Source of the DNA: a virus
Virus record (IMG/VR): IMGVR_UViG_3300043409_001462
Coordinates: 32,001-96,000 of that record
Direction: 5' to 3' (one strand)
Length of the DNA: 64,000 nucleotides
The notes beneath the pieces were generated by a model. That model did no database searches. It was not told where the DNA came from and saw only the letters and a list, made by a program, of their open reading frames with translations. The translations under genes were made by a program, and so were the position numbers. Shown here one piece after another: positions 29,451 through 37,647 of this stretch (the stretch's first letter is position 1; every line of letters begins with the position of its first letter).

Positions 29451-32400
29451 ATGGCAAAACTCAATTCAGGCACAAGAATATACGGTACAGCTAACGTCGA
29501 TACCAGCATTGGCATCGGTGGTAACTTAGTTGTCAATAATACTACGTTAACAATTACTGGTAATACTACGACTGCTCCAACTGCTATTTTTCAAGGCGCT
29601 AACGTAATTATTGGTAACTCTTCTATTACTGGAGCTCCACAAGCAATATTTGCTAACTCTCTTGGTAATACCGTAATAAGCACTACATCCTTTGTATTAT
29701 CTAACTCTACAGCAGTACCATTTACTGCTAATCTTTCTGGACTGTATCACACAGGTGTTATTAATGCTGCATCCCATACAACAGGCGCACCTTTAACAGG
29801 TACAGGCGGTATTACTGCTAACGTAACAACTATAGTTGTTGGTAATAATACAATTAACACTACAATTACCTCTGCTGGTTTAACAGTTAATGGTACAGCT
29901 GTTATTGCAAACTCTATTGGTGTTTATAGCACAGGTACGATCAACGCTGCTTCACATACTGTTGGTACTAGCTTTATTGCAAACAGCACTCAGTTAACAA
30001 CAACATATCCAACAGTTCATACTGCAAACGTTACTGTTAATGGCGCTATTATTGCAAACGCTACATCAGGCACTGCTGGTCAAGTACTGACATCAGCTGG
30101 TACTGGTAACGTATACTGGTCAACTGCATCTGGCGGTGGCGGTGGGTTTACCAATGGTCAGTCAATTTCAGTCGCTAACCTTGCAGTTACTGGTTCGCTG
30201 ACTGCTGGCGCATCAGTTGGTACATCTGGACAAGCATTAGTATCAACTGGTACTGGTGTACAATGGGGTGCATTGTCACCTGGATATAATTATAGTTCGC
30301 AGTTCGGTGGTGGTAATCAATATCTTGGTATTACTGCTTCAAACGCAGCATTTGGTTTTGGTACTGGTGAATTTACAATAGAAGGTTGGTTTTATCCAAC
30401 TCTTAATCCTGCAAATGGTGTTGGCACTATTTTTGAATTTAGGGTGACGAATAACGCATCTGCTCTTACAATGCGAATCAACACTTCGCTTCAATTAGTG
30501 TTTTATGATGGTGGCGCGAACGTAGAAACTGCATTTACAACTAGAACAGTTTCTTTAAATGCATGGCAGCATGTAGCATTTGTTAGAATTGGTAATACAG
30601 TATATGGATATATCAATGGATTATTAGCAGGAAGTGTTGCAGTAACTTCTAACCTTGGTAGTTCTCAACCTTTTTATATAGGCACAAATCAAACTGCTGG
30701 TTATAATTATTACGGATTAATTTCTAATGTTCGTGTTATTAAAGGAACTGGAATTTATACAGGTGCATTTACGCCGCCAACTTCACCACTTTCAGCTATA
30801 TCAGGCACATCAGTATTAACTTGTAATGCTATAACACCAACATCTGATTCATCAACGAACGCATTTCAATTTACGAATGGTAATGGCGTCACCACAACAG
30901 CCACTCTATCCCCATTCACATCCACAACAGTATCAATACCAACAGCATCACTAACCGCTGTCAGACAACAGTTCACTGGTGATGGGTCAACTACAACATT
31001 TGCTGTTGCTGGTGGATATACACCTAATGCCATTTCTGTATTTGTTAACGGTGTATTACTTCGCAATGGTACTGAAGTAACAGTAACGAACGGTTCAACT
31101 GTTGTGTTTGCTATTGCTCCTTTGAGTGGAGCATTGATTGATGTTATTGGAACTGTTCCAACAACTTATAGTTCGATTACACCTGTTGGATATAGTGTTG
31201 GGTTTAATGGAAGTAGTCAGTATTTAAGTGCTACTAATAATCCAGCATACGTTTTTGGAACTGGTAATTTTACTGTTGAACTATGGTTATATCCAACATC
31301 TGTTACAGCTTCAACTACAACTAAAGTTATAATGTCTACCTATCAAGATGCGTCTAATGGTTGGACTATCGGATTAAACAACACAAACAATTCTCTCTAT
31401 GTATCAGTTGCTGGTGACAGTGCAACGATTACTGATGGTTCTGGCACAATTGCAATAAATCAATGGTATCACATTGCTTTGGTTCGTAACGGTACAACAT
31501 TAACTTTATATAAAAATGGCGTAAGCATTGGAACACCATTAACTAATTCAACAAATATATCATCAACTTCAATACTTTCAATTGGTGCGTCAACTGGAGG
31601 AACTTTATTTTTTCCTGGGTATATTTCCAATGCTCGTATTACAAAAGGTGTAGCAGTTTACACCAACAACTTTACAGTCCCTCCTTCTCCATTAGCAGCA
31701 GTACAATCAGCTTCTGGTGCTTATATCCAAGCAATTACTGGCACACAAACATCACTACTCACTTGCAACGGACCAACTATTATTGATGGTTCAACCAACG
31801 CATTTACGATAACTAATAATGGTTCTGCACCAGTATCAACTTCTATTGTGCCTACGTTTACTAATGTTACGATTACAAATCCTATTACCTCCTTTTTGGC
31901 ATCTTATCTTGTTGTTGCTGGTGGTGGTTCTGGTGGTGCAACCAGTTCTGGTACTAGTTCTGGTGGTGGTGGGGGTGGTGCAGGAGGGGCGCTTACAGGC
32001 TTAACAACATTTACTGTTGGATTAACATACTATATCACTGTTGGTGCTGGTGGTGCTTCCACAAATCTTCTCGGCAACAACGGTGCAAATTCTCAAGTAG
32101 TAAACTTTTCAACTTTTTCAATAGTAGCAATTGGTGGTGGTGGTGGCGGAGGATCAACCAATGCTGCTACTGTAAATGGTCAAAGTGGTGGATCTGGTGG
32201 TGGCGGCGGAAATAACAGCGGAGCAAATGCGCCTGGTGGTTCAGGTACATCTGGTCAGGGATATGCAGGAGGAACGCTTAGTGGCTATGCTGCTCCAAAC
32301 TATCCAGGTGCTGGTGGCGGGGGAGCAGGTGCAGTTGGTACATCAGTTACTAGTGCTACAGTAGGTGGTAATGGTGGTGCTGGAATATCATCATCTATCA

Positions 32401-32717
32401 CTGGAACATCAATAACATATGCAGGTGGCGGAGGTGGTTCAACATATAATGGAGGAACTCCTGGCACGGGTGGCTCTGGTGGTGGAGGTGCTGGCGCAAC
32501 TGGCGCTACTGCAGGAACTGCAGGAACAGTTAATACAGGTGGAGGTGGAGGAGGAGCTGCACAAGGATCCTATTCTGGTGCTGGTGGTTCAGGTGTTGTT
32601 ATACTCTCAATACCAACAGCAAACTATACTGGAACAACAACTGGATCACCAACTATAACGACAAACGGAATATACACCGTATTGAAATTCACAGCATCTG
32701 GCACATATACAGCTTAA
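29451..32717 (+). CDS. receptor-binding fibre, paralogue of ORF 22925: 2 LamG, FTGDG domain, Gly-rich C-terminus
   Basis: Same architecture and near-identical linkers to ORF 22925. Confidence 0.8.
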   Translation: MAKLNSGTRIYGTANVDTSIGIGGNLVVNNTTLTITGNTTTAPTAIFQGANVIIGNSSITGAPQAIFANSLGNTVISTTSFVLSNSTAVPFTANLSGLYHTGVINAASHTTGAPLTGTGGITANVTTIVVGNNTINTTITSAGLTVNGTAVIANSIGVYSTGTINAASHTVGTSFIANSTQLTTTYPTVHTANVTVNGAIIANATSGTAGQVLTSAGTGNVYWSTASGGGGGFTNGQSISVANLAVTGSLTAGASVGTSGQALVSTGTGVQWGALSPGYNYSSQFGGGNQYLGITASNAAFGFGTGEFTIEGWFYPTLNPANGVGTIFEFRVTNNASALTMRINTSLQLVFYDGGANVETAFTTRTVSLNAWQHVAFVRIGNTVYGYINGLLAGSVAVTSNLGSSQPFYIGTNQTAGYNYYGLISNVRVIKGTGIYTGAFTPPTSPLSAISGTSVLTCNAITPTSDSSTNAFQFTNGNGVTTTATLSPFTSTTVSIPTASLTAVRQQFTGDGSTTTFAVAGGYTPNAISVFVNGVLLRNGTEVTVTNGSTVVFAIAPLSGALIDVIGTVPTTYSSITPVGYSVGFNGSSQYLSATNNPAYVFGTGNFTVELWLYPTSVTASTTTKVIMSTYQDASNGWTIGLNNTNNSLYVSVAGDSATITDGSGTIAINQWYHIALVRNGTTLTLYKNGVSIGTPLTNSTNISSTSILSIGASTGGTLFFPGYISNARITKGVAVYTNNFTVPPSPLAAVQSASGAYIQAITGTQTSLLTCNGPTIIDGSTNAFTITNNGSAPVSTSIVPTFTNVTITNPITSFLASYLVVAGGGSGGATSSGTSSGGGGGGAGGALTGLTTFTVGLTYYITVGAGGASTNLLGNNGANSQVVNFSTFSIVAIGGGGGGGSTNAATVNGQSGGSGGGGGNNSGANAPGGSGTSGQGYAGGTLSGYAAPNYPGAGGGGAGAVGTSVTSATVGGNGGAGISSSITGTSITYAGGGGGSTYNGGTPGTGGSGGGGAGATGATAGTAGTVNTGGGGGGAAQGSYSGAGGSGVVILSIPTANYTGTTTGSPTITTNGIYTVLKFTASGTYTA

Positions 32718-32726
32718 GGGTAAATT

Positions 32727-34967
32727 ATGGCATACAATCAACAATTATCAGTATTAAGTCAGGTTGCTCCAGCTACCACAGGAACAGCTGGTCAGGTGTT
32801 AGTTTCAGCGGGTAGTAGCGCAAGTTCATATTGGGCAAGTGCAATACCAGTGAGTGCATATAGTGCTCAGTTTATTGCAAGCACAACAGGGTTAAGTGTC
32901 GCTTCAAATGCAGCTTTTGGGTTTGGTACTGGTAATTTTACTGTTGAATTCTGGATGCATATAACTGCAAACCCTGGCACTACTGCAAGTATAATGCACG
33001 GTACTGCTTCGAGTGCGTTCATTATAAATTTCAGTTCAGCTGGAAGAATAATTGTAAGATCGTATGGAATAATTGATTTATTAACTGCTTCTACTTCAGT
33101 CAACTTAAATGCTTGGAATCACATAGCTGTTACACGAAGCGGAACAACTTTAACTATATGGTTAAATGGAGTAAGCGCAGGAACAGTAACAGATTCTACT
33201 TCATTTGCAACTACTGGGCTTTATATTGGAAGAGAAGATTCTGGAGTAAGCTCATATTATTATAATGGATATATATCAAATTTTCGCATCGTAAAAGGTG
33301 TTGCAGTATACACAGGCGCATTCACGCCACCAACAAGCCCACTAGGAACAGCACAAGCTGCTGGAACTAATATAGCAGCCGTAACACCTTCGCAAGTTAG
33401 TTTATTAACTTGTAACGGACCTGGATTTAAAGACTCGTCATCAAATGCATTCGCTATAACTAATATTGGTAATGTCATAGCATCCCAATTTGCTCCATTC
33501 TCATCATTCTCTGCAATAGCAAGATCAGCAACACAAACACAAACAATACTAACATCTGGTTCTGGAACATATTATACACCATCAGGTGTTGCTTGGTTGC
33601 GTATTCGTATGGTTGGTGGTGGAGGTGGTGGCGCAGGTGGTGGTGGTTCTGGTACTGATGGTAGTGTTGGCGCTAATACAACCTTTGGTTCATCGTTTTT
33701 AGTTGCTGGTGGAGGCAGTAATGGTATAAAATCCAATGGCCCTGGTGGTGCTGGCGGTACATCTTCTATTGGTTCAGGAGCAACTGGTGCATCTATATCT
33801 GGCGGTTCAGGCGAAGGTGGTGGATATGGCGTTTACGCAAAAGGTGGGGATGGTGGTTCTTCAGCTTTTGGTGGAAGTGGTCTTGGTGGTCGGCATGGTG
33901 CGTCTATTAATAGCGGTGCTGCTGGAGCAACAAATAGCGGCGCTGGTGGTGGTGGTGGTAATATCAATAATGCTTCGAATGATAGTGCTGGCTCTGGTGG
34001 CGGCGCTGGCGGATATGTTGAAGCATATGTATCAAATCCTGCAGCATCTTATGCATATACTGTAGGAGCAGCTGGTGCTGGTGGTGCTGGTGCTGGACAG
34101 GGTGCTGCTGGTGGCGGTGGTGGTTCTGGCATCATTATTGTTGAAGAGAATTATGCTGTAAACGCATCAAGTACTGGCGTTTATCCTGCAACTTATTTAA
34201 TTGTTGCTGGTGGCGCTGGTGGTTATGGTAACTGGGGCGGTGGAGGAGGCGCAGGCGGAGTAATCACTGGTGACACTACATTTGTTGCAGGAACAACATA
34301 TACTATGACAGTTGGTGCTGGCGGTGCAGCAGCTACTGATGGCGTGAATTCATATATTAATAATCTTGGTGTTCAAGCATATGGTGGTGGAACAGGACGA
34401 GGTGCTTTAGGTGGTAATGGTTCAAATGGTGGTTCTGGCGGTGGAGCTGGTGGGAACCAATCCGGTGCTACTACAAACGGTGGTTCCGGAATATCAGGAC
34501 AAGGGTCGAATGGTGGAGGTGCTATTGCTAACGTAAATCCAGGTGCTGGTGGAGGCGGTGGTGCAGCATATCCTGGAGTTCAATCAACTGGTACGGTTGC
34601 AGGAAATGGTGGTTCTGGTATATTAAATACAATTACAGGCTCATCTGTAACTTATGCTGGTGGAGGTGGAGGTGGCAACGGCGCTGGTCAAACAGCTGGA
34701 ACAGGCGGCGCAGGTGGTGGAGGAAATGGTGCCACAGCAACAGGAGGTTCTGTAGTCAACGGAACAGCTGGCACCGCTAACTTAGGTGGTGGTGGTGGTG
34801 GTGGTTCAACTAATGGCGGGTTAGGTGGCGCTGGTGGTTCTGGCGTTATCATCATATCAATTCCTTCTGCTAACTATACAGGTATAACATCAGGTTCACC
34901 AACAGTAACAACTAACGGCAATTACAAAGTATTAACATTCACAGCATCAGGCTCTTATACAGCCTAA
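32727..34967 (+). CDS. receptor-binding protein: 1 LamG plus two tandem Gly-rich domains
   Basis: LamG motifs; SGSGTYYTPSGVAWLRIRMVGGGGGG...GSGIIIVEE followed by YLIVAGG...FTASGSYTA. Confidence 0.8.
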   Translation: MAYNQQLSVLSQVAPATTGTAGQVLVSAGSSASSYWASAIPVSAYSAQFIASTTGLSVASNAAFGFGTGNFTVEFWMHITANPGTTASIMHGTASSAFIINFSSAGRIIVRSYGIIDLLTASTSVNLNAWNHIAVTRSGTTLTIWLNGVSAGTVTDSTSFATTGLYIGREDSGVSSYYYNGYISNFRIVKGVAVYTGAFTPPTSPLGTAQAAGTNIAAVTPSQVSLLTCNGPGFKDSSSNAFAITNIGNVIASQFAPFSSFSAIARSATQTQTILTSGSGTYYTPSGVAWLRIRMVGGGGGGAGGGGSGTDGSVGANTTFGSSFLVAGGGSNGIKSNGPGGAGGTSSIGSGATGASISGGSGEGGGYGVYAKGGDGGSSAFGGSGLGGRHGASINSGAAGATNSGAGGGGGNINNASNDSAGSGGGAGGYVEAYVSNPAASYAYTVGAAGAGGAGAGQGAAGGGGGSGIIIVEENYAVNASSTGVYPATYLIVAGGAGGYGNWGGGGGAGGVITGDTTFVAGTTYTMTVGAGGAAATDGVNSYINNLGVQAYGGGTGRGALGGNGSNGGSGGGAGGNQSGATTNGGSGISGQGSNGGGAIANVNPGAGGGGGAAYPGVQSTGTVAGNGGSGILNTITGSSVTYAGGGGGGNGAGQTAGTGGAGGGGNGATATGGSVVNGTAGTANLGGGGGGGSTNGGLGGAGGSGVIIISIPSANYTGITSGSPTVTTNGNYKVLTFTASGSYTA

Positions 34968-34987
34968 TAACTAAGGAGAACTAAACA

Positions 34988-35368
34988 ATGGGGCATTTTG
35001 CAAAAGTAGTAGACGGAAAAGTATCACAGGTAATTGTTGCGGAGCCAGACTTCTTCGACACATTTGTTGATTCATCACCTGGTCAGTGGATTCAAACTTC
35101 ATATAATACAAGAGGTAATGTTCACTATGCACCAAACTCAAATGAGCCAGATGGTGAACCAGCACTAAGAGGCAACTATGCTGGTATTGGATACACATAC
35201 GATGCAGTCAATGATGTGTTTTACCCAGAAAAACCATACAACAGTTGGACGCTTTCAGAAACAACATGGTCTTGGGAAGCACCTGTTGCTTATCCAGACG
35301 ATGGTAAGTATTATACTTGGAACGAAGAAACTACAGCTTGGGTAGAAGTAACAGTTCCCGAAGCATAA
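34988..35368 (+). CDS. conserved small protein associated with Gly-rich receptor-binding proteins (putative assembly chaperone)
   Basis: MGHFAKV...WIQTSYNT...LRGNYAGIGYTYD...F..PKPY.SW.L......WEAPV.YP.D...Y.WNE; strong RBS aaggag. Confidence 0.7.
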   Translation: MGHFAKVVDGKVSQVIVAEPDFFDTFVDSSPGQWIQTSYNTRGNVHYAPNSNEPDGEPALRGNYAGIGYTYDAVNDVFYPEKPYNSWTLSETTWSWEAPVAYPDDGKYYTWNEETTAWVEVTVPEA

Positions 35369-35371
35369 ATA
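35364..35371 (+). promoter_or_regulatory. late promoter variant CATAAATA
   Basis: Upstream of the ATG at 35404. Confidence 0.45.
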
Positions 35372-35403
35372 TAATAAAAACAATAAACAGGGGATAGTGA
35401 ACC

Positions 35404-37647
35404 ATGGCAGATAAAGATTTCGTAGTTAAGAACGGTCTAGTAGTTAACACAAACTTTTCTACCAATGGTTCACAAATTACTCTCAGTACGATTAACTCTA
35501 CATCAAACGGTTTTCTTGCGACTTCAACAACTGTAACTGTTGGTAATTCTACAGTCAACAGCACAATTAATGCTAGTTCATTTACAGGCAAATCAGCTGA
35601 CTCTGATAAACTTGGTGGTGTTTTAGCTAGTGGATATCTTACTACATCAGGAGTTGCAGCCGATTCTACTAGACTTGGTGGTGTTATATCATCAGCTTAC
35701 GTCAACAGCACAGGTACTTACACTATTTCTGGCGTTCATACTCATAGCGCTAATATCGTAATTACAAATCCAGCTGGTATTTCTGCCAACAATTCATATG
35801 GCACCGCAGGTCAGTTTCTTACAACAAACGGAACAAGTACTTACTGGTCTTCTCAAAGATTATCAGCCAACAGTAATGGTGGTACTGGTGCTATTCAGTT
35901 AAATGATGCTGGTAATCTTGGATCTAATTCTAGTTTTCTTTATAACCAAACTACCAACACCATATCGATCGGTAATACTTCTGTAAGCGCCACTATCAAT
36001 TCTACTGTATATTCTGGTACATCTAACAACACTCTTTATCTTGGTGGAGTTACAGCTTCATCTTATACTAATTCTATTAATTTAACTGATAACCTTGCAA
36101 GATATACCACATCAAGTGCTTTGACAACAATATTAAGTGGTTATTTAACAACTACTGGAACAGCAGCAGATTCATCTAAACTTGGTAATGTTCTTGCAGC
36201 AAATTACGTTGCTAATAGCGGTAACTATACTATTGGTGGTGTATTAACTTTCATTAATTCATCTATTCATACTGGTAACGTAACAATCTCTAATAGTGTT
36301 ACTGCAAATGGTTCAGAAGGATCTGCAGGTCAGGTATTAACTTCTGGTGGTGCTAACAAAAACGTTTATTGGTCAGCTGCAATAAATGTTGCTTCTCAGT
36401 ACGCTTGGACTAACACTCATTCATTTTCAAACGTTGTTACGTTTAATGGTAATGCTGTATTTGCAAATGCTATCTCTGCTAATGGTGGATATGGTACGCT
36501 AGGACAGCAATTAATTTCTGGTGGTACTGGAGCTAACGCTTATTGGGGATTTGCTCCTGGCGCTAACACAGCTGGTGGTGGTGGAGCTGTTCAATTTTGG
36601 AATGGTGCAACGTTTGGTTCTGCATCAGGTCTAACATTTGCTTTGACAGGTAATAATTTATCTGTTGCTAATAGCATTAGTATTGGTGGCGTATCTATTA
36701 ACTCTACTTCTTATGGTGGTAAATCTGCTGACTCTGATAAACTGGGTGGTACATTAGCAGCTTCTTATGCGTTGAAAGCTGACGTTCATTTTATTGGTAC
36801 TACTTCTGTGGCACTCAATAGAGCTAGTGCTTCATTAAATTTAGCTGGTGTTAACATCGATGGTACAGCTGCTACTATAACTGGAGTGTATGCTGGTACA
36901 TTAACATCTTCTCAAATTACAACAGCTTTAACTTATACACCATATAATGCTACCAATCCAGCTGGTTATACTACCAATTTAGGAACTGTAACTGGTGTTA
37001 CTGCATCTGTACCTCTTTCATCAACAGGTGGAGCCACACCACAAATATCTATAACTCAAGCTGGTATCGCAACTAGTGGATTTTTATCTTCTACAGATTG
37101 GAATACTTTTAATAATAAACAAGCTGCATTACCAGCCGCTACTAGTTCTGTTTCTGGTTATCTTTCATCAACTGATTGGTCTACATTCAATAGTAAAGCT
37201 CCTACGACTACAGCTTCTGCTTCAGTTACAGGTTTACTTTCATCAACTGATTGGTCTACATTCAATAGTAAAGCTCCTTTAGCATCACCAACTTTTACTG
37301 GTACTGTAACTACTTCAAATGTAAAATTTAATAGTGCGTATTCAGCTAATGTTATATCTAGTAGTACTTCTATTAATTGTGGTTTAGGAAATTATTTCAC
37401 TGTTACTGGAGGCTCAGGAACATTTACATTCTCATTTAGTTCGGTTCCTTCTAGTGGTAATTTATATACTATGGCAATTAAAATGGTTAACAGTGGTGTA
37501 GCTCCTACAATTGTATGGCCGAACACTGTAAGATGGCCATCCGCATCTGCACCTGCAACTTCTTCTAATACTGATATTTGGGTATTTTTAACTGATGATG
37601 GTGGTTCAAATTGGCGTGGTAATTTAGCTATGAAGGATAGTAGATAA
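35404..37647 (+). CDS. tail fibre protein
   Basis: KDFVVKNGL N-terminus; ADSxKLGG repeats; GYLSSTDWxTFNxK repeats; KAPLASPTFTGT; C-terminal WP..V.W....AP....DI.VF.T.DGG..W.G domain. Confidence 0.75.
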   Translation: MADKDFVVKNGLVVNTNFSTNGSQITLSTINSTSNGFLATSTTVTVGNSTVNSTINASSFTGKSADSDKLGGVLASGYLTTSGVAADSTRLGGVISSAYVNSTGTYTISGVHTHSANIVITNPAGISANNSYGTAGQFLTTNGTSTYWSSQRLSANSNGGTGAIQLNDAGNLGSNSSFLYNQTTNTISIGNTSVSATINSTVYSGTSNNTLYLGGVTASSYTNSINLTDNLARYTTSSALTTILSGYLTTTGTAADSSKLGNVLAANYVANSGNYTIGGVLTFINSSIHTGNVTISNSVTANGSEGSAGQVLTSGGANKNVYWSAAINVASQYAWTNTHSFSNVVTFNGNAVFANAISANGGYGTLGQQLISGGTGANAYWGFAPGANTAGGGGAVQFWNGATFGSASGLTFALTGNNLSVANSISIGGVSINSTSYGGKSADSDKLGGTLAASYALKADVHFIGTTSVALNRASASLNLAGVNIDGTAATITGVYAGTLTSSQITTALTYTPYNATNPAGYTTNLGTVTGVTASVPLSSTGGATPQISITQAGIATSGFLSSTDWNTFNNKQAALPAATSSVSGYLSSTDWSTFNSKAPTTTASASVTGLLSSTDWSTFNSKAPLASPTFTGTVTTSNVKFNSAYSANVISSSTSINCGLGNYFTVTGGSGTFTFSFSSVPSSGNLYTMAIKMVNSGVAPTIVWPNTVRWPSASAPATSSNTDIWVFLTDDGGSNWRGNLAMKDSR
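37162..37278 (+). repeat. perfect 42-bp direct repeat, 75-nt spacing
   Basis: ctttcatcaactgattggtctacattcaatagtaaagctcct at 37162-37203 and 37237-37278. Confidence 0.9.
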
